From Gemmatimonadota bacterium (GTDB lineage Bacteria > Gemmatimonadota > Gemmatimonadetes > Palauibacterales > KS3-K002), in NCBI GenBank assembly GCA_039586795.1, contig JBDHJS010000027.1:20372-84371 (forward strand): 64,000 bases of DNA, in the 5' to 3' direction. Position 1 is the first letter of the stretch; the number at the start of each line of letters is the position of its first letter. This document shows positions 50,003 to 58,511 of this stretch, piece after piece. The position numbers and the translations under genes were made by a program. The notes below the pieces were generated by a model, which was not told the origin of the DNA, did not search any database, and was given only the letters and a program-made list of their open reading frames with translations.

Positions 50003-52693
50003 CTATCGACTCTGCGCTCGATCCACCTCCAAATGAAAATTCTTCACAATGATCACTTCCGATGCTGCCGCTCGCTGCACCATCACAAAACGCTGCCCGT
50101 CGGGATGAACATCGTAGTTAGCGTGGGGGCCTGCCGTTTCGAAGTTGTCCGTTGCGAACAGCGGTTCACGAGACAGCACCTGAAATCGTGGAGACATCTC
50201 GACCCGGGCAGCCATCAGCCGCGGCCCGGACGACGACGGCTCGATATAGAACAGTTCGCCCCCGTCACGCGACCACACGGATTCCGAGGCACCGTTTTGC
50301 GAAACCTGGACGCGGCCCTCGCGACTGTTGAGTGGCCGAGCGTAAAGTTCCTCGCGTCCAGACTCATCCGACACGTAGGCCAGCCAATTCCCGTCCGGCG
50401 ACAGGGCGGGGTGCTGCTCGGTGAATGGCGTGGCGATGATCGTATCGGGCTCGGCGCCACTTCCCGGCGTTAGTAGCTGCAGGTCGTAACTCTGAGCTGT
50501 TCCGAACGGGATCAGCACCACGGAGCTGCCGTCCGGATGCCAGACGCCTGCCGTGGCTTCGTCATCGCCTGCGTGCAACAACTCCGCCTCGCCGGACCCG
50601 TCGGCATTGATGCAATAGGGATGGCGCAGCGCGGTCTGCTGCGTGGAGCCGTAACACACGCGCCGCCCATCCGGGGTCCAGACGGGGTCGTTGGCCGTCC
50701 CATCGAACGTGACCCGCGTGAGTGTGCCCTGTTCCAGGTCGTAGACCCAGACATCGCGGCCGCTGGGCGATGTGATATCGACAGCCAGCTTCGTGCCATC
50801 CGGTGACAGTCGCGGCGAGTGGTAGGCCTGCGTTTCGTCGGTTATGGTCGTGACGTCACCGGTTCGATCGACCATAACGACCCGCGCCGGCAGCGCAGCG
50901 ATATACGCCAGCGTGCCTTCCTGTGAGATGCTGAAGCTCGGCATGCCGGTGCCGCCCGCGATCAGGATGCTTTCCGCCATCATCACGGGCGTCCCGCTGA
51001 TCTCCGTGCGCTCCGCATCGAAAGGTGCCGCCATCAAGGCGCCGTCTTCTTGAGCCCAAACGATGTGCCCCGTGGGCGAGTAGCGAGCTCCGGCGGCTCC
51101 ACCGGGGATCAGTACTTTTCGCTCCCCCGTCCCCGGCCAGACGACGGCGATTCCGGTGCCGCCCAGCCGGGCCGACGCTAGACCCACCGCCGAGTAGGTG
51201 ACCAGGATGGCGTCGCCGCCCGGCAACGCCTCGGGCAGGAAATGCCCGACTTCGCCGCTCAACGTGTCAGGGTGGGTGAGCGGGACCATCTCACCTCCCG
51301 CTTCCGGCAGCACCATGACTCCCGGGTAGTCTCCGCTGAACAGGATTCGGCCGTCGTCGGCCCAGTCATAGGCCGACAAGCCATAGGCGCCACCGACCCG
51401 AACGGCGCTTCCGGTCAGACGTGTCGGACTACCCCCGGTCACCGGCACCACCTGTACCTCGCGGGAATAGAACTCCTGAAAAGCGATCCGCTGACCATCC
51501 GGAGAGAAGAACGGATACCAGGCCGTCAACCCCCGCGTTCCGGGTATCTCCACCGATTCCAGCTGGTCGAAGTGACGCATGAAGAGGGCGGGCTGTCCTT
51601 GGGTGTTTGCGGAGTAGCCCAGCGCTGACCCGTCGGGCGCCAGGACCATGCTGCCGGCTCGGGCGTTCAGCAGGTAGTAATCCTGTCCGAGCGAGACGGC
51701 GAAGCGCAGGACTCGGCCTTCGGGCGTCTCGGTCCGGGCGGTGAAGCGTCCGCCAACGGCGCCAATCACAAGCGACAGCGCCGCGACCGCAGCGATGGTC
51801 CAGAGGCTGGCTCGCGTCGCCGTCTTGATTCGCGTAGCGGAGCGAGCGGTCGCGATAGCCCCCGGCTTTGACAATGCCTCGGCGTACTCGTCGGCGTTCG
51901 CGAAACGGTCGGCGGGCAACTTCTCCAGCGCCTTCTCGATCGCCGCCTCCACATGCGGCGGCACCGACGACCGGCGGTCGGTGAGCGACGGCGGCGACGA
52001 CGTCAGGATCTTCGCGATCACCGCCTGCGACGTGGGGCCGGTGTGGGGCGGTTCACCCGCCAGCATCTCGTACGTCACACAACCCAACGAGTAGACGTCG
52101 CTTCGCTTGTCGATGCTCCGTTCACCCGTCGCCTGCTCGGGACTCATGTAGAAAGGTGTCCCCAACGACAGCCCCGTCTCTGTAAGCCGGCTTCCTCCCG
52201 CAGCCGTCACCGCCAGGGCGATCCCAAAGTCCGCGACCAGCGGCTGCCCATCGTGCAACAGGATGTTCTCCGGCTTGATATCCCGATGGATCACCTCGCG
52301 CCGGTGCGCGTAGTCCAAAGCACTGGCCACCGCACGCGCAATCTCAACCGCATCTTCTACCGGTAACTGCCGCTCTCTCTCCAACCGCTCGTGCAGCGAT
52401 TCACCTTCCACCAACGGCATGACGTAAAAGAGCAATCCATCGGCTTCACCCGAATCGTAGAGCGGCAAGATGTGCGGATGCTGCAGGTTGGCCGTAACCT
52501 TGATCTCGTTCAGGAACCGCTCGGCGCCAATAACCGCAGCCAACTCCGGCTTCAACACCTTCAGCGCCACCTGCCGGTCATGCTTCAGATCCTGCGCAAC
52601 ATAAACCGTCGCCATTCCTCCGGCGCCAAGCTCGCGCACGATCGTATATCGATCGGCAAGCGACGTCTTCAATCGTTCCAATATCTCAGACAT
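50003..52693 (-). CDS. Ser/Thr protein kinase with TM and C-terminal PD40/TolB-like propellers
   Basis: GAGGMA, VALK, HRDIKPEN, DFG, GTPFYMSPEQ; one TM; SPDG repeats. Confidence 0.95.
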   Translation of the reverse strand: MSEILERLKTSLADRYTIVRELGAGGMATVYVAQDLKHDRQVALKVLKPELAAVIGAERFLNEIKVTANLQHPHILPLYDSGEADGLLFYVMPLVEGESLHERLERERQLPVEDAVEIARAVASALDYAHRREVIHRDIKPENILLHDGQPLVADFGIALAVTAAGGSRLTETGLSLGTPFYMSPEQATGERSIDKRSDVYSLGCVTYEMLAGEPPHTGPTSQAVIAKILTSSPPSLTDRRSSVPPHVEAAIEKALEKLPADRFANADEYAEALSKPGAIATARSATRIKTATRASLWTIAAVAALSLVIGAVGGRFTARTETPEGRVLRFAVSLGQDYYLLNARAGSMVLAPDGSALGYSANTQGQPALFMRHFDQLESVEIPGTRGLTAWYPFFSPDGQRIAFQEFYSREVQVVPVTGGSPTRLTGSAVRVGGAYGLSAYDWADDGRILFSGDYPGVMVLPEAGGEMVPLTHPDTLSGEVGHFLPEALPGGDAILVTYSAVGLASARLGGTGIAVVWPGTGERKVLIPGGAAGARYSPTGHIVWAQEDGALMAAPFDAERTEISGTPVMMAESILIAGGTGMPSFSISQEGTLAYIAALPARVVMVDRTGDVTTITDETQAYHSPRLSPDGTKLAVDITSPSGRDVWVYDLEQGTLTRVTFDGTANDPVWTPDGRRVCYGSTQQTALRHPYCINADGSGEAELLHAGDDEATAGVWHPDGSSVVLIPFGTAQSYDLQLLTPGSGAEPDTIIATPFTEQHPALSPDGNWLAYVSDESGREELYARPLNSREGRVQVSQNGASESVWSRDGGELFYIEPSSSGPRLMAARVEMSPRFQVLSREPLFATDNFETAGPHANYDVHPDGQRFVMVQRAAASEVIIVKNFHLEVDRAQSR

Positions 52694-52704
52694 GGATTTC
52701 TACT

Positions 52705-52810
52705 CTCGAACATCGAAAGGTCGCACGTCGTAGGTCGAGCGTCGGTCGCCGAATTGTCCTCGGCCGTCGAGCGCCGGCTGTCCGCTGTCGGCTGAACAAA
52801 CAGTGCAGTT
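52705..52810. repeat. Degenerate 7-bp tandem array containing copy 2 of the 70-bp direct repeat (52741-52810)
   Basis: 63 of 70 positions identical to 49881-49950 by manual ungapped alignment. Confidence 0.88.
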
Positions 52811-55149
52811 TAATCAGCTACTTCACCCGCAAGCCGATCCGTAGCCCGCCGCGCCGACTCCACCTGCGGCTGCAGATGATCATCCGCATTCTCCCACAAC
52901 TGCAGAAACAACCCGTAATAGCGGAGCGCATCGTCCCGCTCACCTCGCCGCTCGTGCAACTGCGCCCGGCGCAAGTAACCGAGCGCTTCCAGCCACGGCG
53001 AATAGTAGAGCGAGCCATAGATCCGCAGCGCCTCGAGCTCGTCACCTTCTTCGAGCAAGTTGGCCAGCAAGAAACGGTGCGCGTTGCGCGGAACGTTCCA
53101 GTTACCCGGGATGAGCGTCAGACCCCGGCGCAGGTAGGCAATCGCTGCGCCGGCATCCTGACGAGCGGCGGCTATGTGTCCCTGGTAGACCAGCGAGAGC
53201 CCGCGATACGTCTGGGCCTGACCGGCTTCACCGGTCGCCTCGGCGGTCTCGGCGGCACTTTCCAGCCAGTCGACGGCGGCCTGTGCTTCGGCGAATCGGC
53301 CCTGCTGTGCATAGAGCGCCGCCAGGTAGTCTGCGTCTTCTGGATAAGATTCCCTGGCCGCCAGCTGCTCGTGCAGTTCGATCCCTTCAGGATCGGCCAC
53401 CAGGCCGGCCAACCGGGCCATCGTCAGCATGAAGAGCTCGTTCTCCCGGCCCTGAATGCGGTCCGCCTCCCGATCGACCGCCAGCCAATTCGCGACCTGA
53501 CCGTGGCGTAGGTACTGCCGACCCAGGTCCTCCAGGGCGCTGGCCCGAGCCGGCGCCGGCATGCGTGGATCCCCGGCGGCCAACAGAACCGTCTCTGAGT
53601 AGCCCAGGCTGGAACGTCCGGGCGGAACGGCGAAGCGAATCTGCCCGAACACGCTCAGGTTCAGTGTATCGAGCGCTTGGGCGGCGACGGCCGAGTCCTC
53701 TGGCGATCCCAGCCGCAGCGCACCCCCTAGCGTCAGCCCGTGGGAGTACGGCGACGTCGAGTCGATGGCCAGGTAGCGAGCCGTCCACTCGCCGGCCGCG
53801 GCCAGGTCATCCCGCAGGTACGTGCCCTGGATGAGGTGGAACAGTGAAGGCGCGATCGTCGAGTCGATGGCGTAGGCGCGGGACATCGCGTCGACCACGC
53901 GATCCCGTTCGTAGCCGACCTGATCGCCCAGATGGTAGAGCGCCTCTCCGAAGCCGTACCAGGCCTCGTAGTCGTCGGGATAACGCCGCGTCAGGTTCTC
54001 GTAGAGCTCGATGACGTCCAGGTCACCATCGATGTCCACCAGCTTGTGACCCGTGATCAACAGGCTGTCGCGAGCAGGTAGCCCGGCCGTATGCCGCGCC
54101 GCCAACTCCGCGTTCCGGATGTGCTCTTCCTCGAACGCGCCCAGCGCCCATCCGTAGGCGAACGACAACCGATGCGCGGCGATGGCGAACGTTGTATCGA
54201 GCTCCACCGCGCGGCCGAACGCCTGCTGAGCTTCCGTGAAGCGACTGCGGCGAAACGCCTGTTCGCCTTCCAGGTAGGCGCGCAACGCCGGGATCGACGA
54301 TGTCGTTACCGTCGACACCCGGACTTCCGGAACCTCGCCCTCCTGCCAGATCGACTTGAGCAACTCGACGGTCAGCTGATCGACCAGCGAGGTCATCTCC
54401 GACTCGGGGCCTTCCACCGCCGCCGAGGCGTCTTTGCGGAGCCAGCGTACATTGAATAGCTCGGCTGCAACCCGAACTTCACCCGGCGCTGTGGTGATCA
54501 CGCTGCCCAGGATCATGTTTCCGGCGCCCAACTCCGTCGCCACACGGGCCGCCTCCTCAGGCGCCGCTAGCTCCTCGGTACCGCCGATCGCTTTCCCCCA
54601 GCGAATCAACACGGCACGCGGGTCCGAAGCGTGGTAGGCGCCCGTCCCATCCAGCGCCGTCGACACGAGGTCCACCAGCCCCTCGCCCCAGAGGGCCACC
54701 CCGGAGCCTACCGGATGAAACGGCATCACCGCCACGAAATCCGGCTTTAGCTCGTGGCCCCGGTTACGCGACCAGACCAGCCCGATCCCCAGGCTACCCA
54801 GCGCCGCGAAGGCGAGGACGCCGCCGAGGATCGCGCGCCGCCAGGTGAACAGACGGCCCGGCGCGCTCCACGACGTTGGGCCTCGCGTCAGGAGTCGCGC
54901 CGCCGCCGACGCATCGGCCTGACGAAGCCGCGCCTGGATGAGGGCGGTGCTGATGAGGACTGGCAGACCGATGGCCAGCAGCGCCAGCCCGGCCGGGAAG
55001 AACCACTGCGGCAGCGTGAAATGCTGTGCCAGAATGTCCAGGGCTTGAACGACGAACCAGGAAGCTGCGAGGTAGATGATCACCACACGCACGAGGCGCG
55101 CGGATCGCAGCCGCTCCAGCAAATTGCTGGTACTGCGGTCGGGGCTCAT
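52810..55149 (-). CDS. Membrane-anchored TolB-N-like/TPR receptor-like protein (paralog)
   Basis: Likely start MSPDRS; RLVRV-x3-Y-x3-SW module, VAVMPF, VTTSSIPAL, TPRs, terminal YYGLFLQLWENAD. Confidence 0.85.
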   Translation of the reverse strand: MSPDRSTSNLLERLRSARLVRVVIIYLAASWFVVQALDILAQHFTLPQWFFPAGLALLAIGLPVLISTALIQARLRQADASAAARLLTRGPTSWSAPGRLFTWRRAILGGVLAFAALGSLGIGLVWSRNRGHELKPDFVAVMPFHPVGSGVALWGEGLVDLVSTALDGTGAYHASDPRAVLIRWGKAIGGTEELAAPEEAARVATELGAGNMILGSVITTAPGEVRVAAELFNVRWLRKDASAAVEGPESEMTSLVDQLTVELLKSIWQEGEVPEVRVSTVTTSSIPALRAYLEGEQAFRRSRFTEAQQAFGRAVELDTTFAIAAHRLSFAYGWALGAFEEEHIRNAELAARHTAGLPARDSLLITGHKLVDIDGDLDVIELYENLTRRYPDDYEAWYGFGEALYHLGDQVGYERDRVVDAMSRAYAIDSTIAPSLFHLIQGTYLRDDLAAAGEWTARYLAIDSTSPYSHGLTLGGALRLGSPEDSAVAAQALDTLNLSVFGQIRFAVPPGRSSLGYSETVLLAAGDPRMPAPARASALEDLGRQYLRHGQVANWLAVDREADRIQGRENELFMLTMARLAGLVADPEGIELHEQLAARESYPEDADYLAALYAQQGRFAEAQAAVDWLESAAETAEATGEAGQAQTYRGLSLVYQGHIAAARQDAGAAIAYLRRGLTLIPGNWNVPRNAHRFLLANLLEEGDELEALRIYGSLYYSPWLEALGYLRRAQLHERRGERDDALRYYGLFLQLWENADDHLQPQVESARRATDRLAGEVAD

Positions 55150-55305
55150 GGGCTGGAAATATATAAGAAGCAGCGGGTGGCAAAAGCGGCCGGAGGCCAA
55201 CCAGCTTGAGGATTAGATCATTCTTGGCGGGCGGAGCCGGGCGATCAGCTACGCCGGGCTCCGCGATTGGCCGCGAGAATCGCGCCCAGGGTCAGGTCGC
55301 GGCGG

Positions 55306-55605
55306 CACGAGGATGCCGAGTCGTTCGCGCTGGCCGATCGCGTGGCGGTGCTGGAGGACGCCCGCGTCCGGGTCGCCTACCGGTCGGAGGATATCGTCAT
55401 CTGGCCGGCGGAGTCGTGAGCTACCAGCTCCCGCAACCGCTTCGCCTGCACGGTGGCCCGGGTACATCCGCAGGGCGGGCTCGTCCGGCTGCGGGTCGAG
55501 TCTAGCGGACTGAGCCTCGAGGCGCTCATCACGCGGAGCGCGCTGGAGGAGCTCGGCCTCCAGGCCGACACCCCGGTGGTCGTCCAGCTCAAGGCGACCG
55601 CGCGC
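55306..55605 (+). pseudogene. Remnant of a molybdate/tungstate-type ABC ATPase (H-loop region plus TOBE domain)
   Basis: HEDAESFALADRVAVLE joined directly to VRVAYRSEDI; in-frame TGA at 55417-55419; then SSRNRF...ALITRSALEELGL...QLKATA (TOBE); no Walker A or start. Confidence 0.75.
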
Positions 55606-55682
55606 TTCACGTCTTTCCGGTGTGAGCTAAGCACAGAAATGGGGAGTGTGGCCGGGTCAACACGGGCCAGATCAAGAAATCC

Positions 55683-55712
55683 TTGCCCTTCTGTAAACCG
55701 AGTTCATATAAT
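55683..55712 (+). promoter_or_regulatory. Putative sigma70 promoter of the S8 peptidase gene
   Basis: TTGCCC-N18-TATAAT about 190 bp upstream of the start. Confidence 0.5.
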
Positions 55713-55904
55713 TGTTCTCCTTATTGGGAGACCGCAATTCACTTGAACCACCGAGCCGCAGGACCCTCCACCGTGCCTGCGGACAGCCTGTATTGCTTCA
55801 CATTCTCGTGCGCGGCCGCCATGGCGGCTGCTGGTTGCGGAACGTGGCTTCATCGCGTCCGCTAGTCCCAACCCGCCCGTCAGGGCAGAAGCAAGGGAGG
55901 TTCG

Positions 55905-57413
55905 ATGAGGAGAATCACACCACTGACGTTCGTCGCTGCGGTCGCGATCGGCGCCTCCGCCTGCGACAGCCGGGACCCGAACTCCTGGCCGGTAACCGAG
56001 CCGGCGACGCCGCATCTGAGCGCAGCGAGCCAGGAAGGTCCGGTCACCTATCTGGTCATCGCCGCGAGCGCCGCCAGCCTGCCGCGCAACCTCGACGATC
56101 TGGTTGCCGGCAACGATGGGACGGTCCTGTCGACGATTCCGCAGATCGGTGTAGCGGTCGTGGAATCGGAGAACCCGGATTTCATCTCGGCGATGGGAAG
56201 CGAGCGCGGTATCCAGGGAGTGGTTCCAGACTACCCGGTTGAGCTCCCGGACGAGAACGCCGGCGATGATCTGCAAACACACGACCCGATCGCCTACGCC
56301 GGGGGCACGGACCTGGACGCGTTGCTCTGGGGTCTGGACGTGGTGAACGCTCCAGAAGCATGGGGCGCCGGCGTGACGGGCGCGGGCGTGCGCGTTGCCG
56401 TATTGGATGCTGGCATCGACCATGATCATCCGGATCTCACGCCGAATCTGAACATGGCCCTCTCGACTTCGTTCGTCCCCTGCATCTTCGGCAACTGCGA
56501 CGGACCGGTCGAGGACTGGAAGATTCTCCCCGGCTTCGGTTTCAACCACGGTACTCATACCGCCGGGACCATAGCGGCGGCAGACGATGGCAACGGCGTC
56601 ACCGGCGTGGCGCCCGACGCCGAGATCGTAGCGGTGAAGGTCTGCACGGAGTTCTTCAATGCGTGCTTCACTTCTTCTATCGTCAGCGGGCTCGTCTATG
56701 CCGCCGATATCGATGCAGATCTCGTCAACATGAGCTTGGGCGGTCTACGCTTCTTGAGGAACGATTTTGTTAAGTACTGTATTAGCCTCGGTTTACCAGC
56801 GAACTTGTGCGGCCAGTTCGCCCGTCAGGTGGTAACCGGACAGGACGATTACGTCCACAACCTGATCCTCATCTACAAGCGGGCGTTCCAGTATGCGTTC
56901 AGCAAGGGCACGACCGTGCTCGTCTCCGCCGGCAATAACAGTGCGGATTTCGATCACACCAAGGACATATGGGCCGCGTTCGCCGACTTCGAGCACGTGA
57001 TCGGGGTTTCCGCTCTCGGGCCCGTAGGCTGGTGTACCGGCTCGACGAACTTTGATGAGCAGGCGTACTACACCAATACCGGAAGGTCGATCGTCGATGT
57101 GTCGGCCCCCGGCGGTAATTTCTGGGGGGCCTTCATCGGGCTCACCACTCCGTGTACGCTGGCCGGAATCACGCGGCCGATTTTCGCCTTCGATGGCGTG
57201 ATGAGCACGATCAGCGAGGGCTGGGGCTGGGCGCAGGGTACCAGCATGAGCGCGCCTCACGCTACCGGCATCGCCGCCCTCATCATCCAGGATAACGGCG
57301 GCGGCATGTCGCCCAGCCAGGTGGAGCGCGAGCTCAAGTCGCGCGCCGAAGATCTGGGCAGCCCCGGAGTCGATCCCCTCCACGGTGCGGGCCGGGTGAG
57401 AAGCGGTTTCTAG
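55905..57413 (+). CDS. S8 subtilisin-like serine peptidase, lipoprotein
   Basis: ASAC lipobox; VAVLDAG, HGTHTAG, SAGN, GTSMSAPH. Confidence 0.95.
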   Translation: MRRITPLTFVAAVAIGASACDSRDPNSWPVTEPATPHLSAASQEGPVTYLVIAASAASLPRNLDDLVAGNDGTVLSTIPQIGVAVVESENPDFISAMGSERGIQGVVPDYPVELPDENAGDDLQTHDPIAYAGGTDLDALLWGLDVVNAPEAWGAGVTGAGVRVAVLDAGIDHDHPDLTPNLNMALSTSFVPCIFGNCDGPVEDWKILPGFGFNHGTHTAGTIAAADDGNGVTGVAPDAEIVAVKVCTEFFNACFTSSIVSGLVYAADIDADLVNMSLGGLRFLRNDFVKYCISLGLPANLCGQFARQVVTGQDDYVHNLILIYKRAFQYAFSKGTTVLVSAGNNSADFDHTKDIWAAFADFEHVIGVSALGPVGWCTGSTNFDEQAYYTNTGRSIVDVSAPGGNFWGAFIGLTTPCTLAGITRPIFAFDGVMSTISEGWGWAQGTSMSAPHATGIAALIIQDNGGGMSPSQVERELKSRAEDLGSPGVDPLHGAGRVRSGF

Positions 57414-57442
57414 GCTCACCTCGCTCCGATTTGAGTAATGCA

Positions 57443-57468
57443 AAGGGCTCGCCGTGCGGCGGGCCCTT
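57443..57468 (+). terminator. Hairpin after the S8 peptidase gene
   Basis: AAGGGCTCGCCG-tg-CGGCGGGCCCTT. Confidence 0.5.
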
Positions 57469-57528
57469 CGCTCATCTGGGGTCCGCGCGCGGTGTAGACG
57501 CGCGCTATCGCCGGCGCTATCGTGCCCC

Positions 57529-57800
57529 ATGATCCATCGGGAAGAGCGCGGTTCCATCACGGTGTTGCGCATCGATCACGGCAAGGTCGGCGCCATCGAT
57601 ATCGACCTGCTGGGCATGCTGGCGGTGCGGCTGGCCGAGATCGAGGGCTCCAAGACCAAGGCCCTCGTGCTCACCCAGACCGGCTCGAGCATCTCCGCCG
57701 GGCTCGACCTCTGGATGATCCTCGACGGCGGCGAGAACTATGTGAAGGGATTGCTGGCGTCGTTCCGCCGCGCCTACCGGCAGGCGCAACTGAGCCGGGT
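57529..57800 (+). pseudogene. Truncated enoyl-CoA hydratase/isomerase (crotonase) gene
   Basis: MIHREERGSITVLRIDHGKVGAI...ALVLTQTGSSISAGLDL resembles the crotonase N-terminus; the catalytic core (AIAGG/PE region) is absent. Confidence 0.7.
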
Positions 57801-57918
57801 CACCTTCGTCTGCGGTCGATCGGAGGGGCGTCGAGCGCCGCTTGCAGCTTCTTCGTTTGGATTGTTCTCAATTGCATTCAAGTTGGCAATAGCTTAGGTG
57901 CCTGGGAGGTTTCGTGAC

Positions 57919-58323
57919 ATGACCGCCGGTTTCTTGATCAAGACGTACGCCGCCTGCCTCGTGGCGTTCCTGGCGCTGGACTTCGCCTGGCTGGGCTGGA
58001 TCGCCCGCGGTTTCTATCGTCAGCAGTTGGGTCATCTGCTGACTCCCGATGTGCGCTGGGGCGCCGCCATCATCTTCTATCTGCTCTTCATCGCCGGCGT
58101 GGTGGTCTTCGCCGTGCTACCCTCGGTAGAGCGGGGTTCGCTGCTGCGGGCGGTGGTGCAGGGCGGGTTCTTCGGTCTGGTGGCCTACGCGGCCTACGAC
58201 CTGACGAACCTGGCGACGCTGAAGGGGTTTCCGACGCTGGTCGTGGTCGTCGACATGGCCTGGGGCTTCACGCTGACGGCGGCGGTGACGGCCGTGGGCT
58301 ACCTCGTTGCCTCGCGTGTGTGA
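57919..58323 (+). CDS. DUF2177 family membrane protein
   Basis: LDFAWLG, FYRQQLG, YAAYDLTNLATL, VDMAWG; GGAGG RBS. Confidence 0.85.
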   Translation: MTAGFLIKTYAACLVAFLALDFAWLGWIARGFYRQQLGHLLTPDVRWGAAIIFYLLFIAGVVVFAVLPSVERGSLLRAVVQGGFFGLVAYAAYDLTNLATLKGFPTLVVVVDMAWGFTLTAAVTAVGYLVASRV

Positions 58324-58511
58324 CAGCGGGCCGCTGACAGCGACGGAATCAGTTGATCTGCAAGTGTGAACAATTGGTGCTCAGGCGAGGGCTCGACGGG
58401 GTCGGTCCCGCGTCCTCAATTCAGTAGGCCGCAGCTATGCTCATTGACGGAGCAATCCCGACGAGCGACCTTGGGGCGGAATGGATGTGGGGTCTCAAAC
58501 GGGAGGGTCCG

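Noticed and set aside
49853..52810. CRISPR array or integron attC interpretation of the repeats
   Set aside because: Only two long copies 2.86 kb apart, no repeat-spacer alternation, no cas or intI gene, and no clear RYYYAAC/GTTRRRY inverted core
30541..55149. Diversity-generating retroelement acting on the TPR paralogs
   Set aside because: No reverse transcriptase and no template/variable repeat pair with adenine-specific differences seen; similarity is at protein level only
55417..55419. Selenocysteine readthrough of the in-frame TGA
   Set aside because: It falls in a non-catalytic linker of a fragment lacking a start codon and the ATPase core; pseudogenisation is simpler
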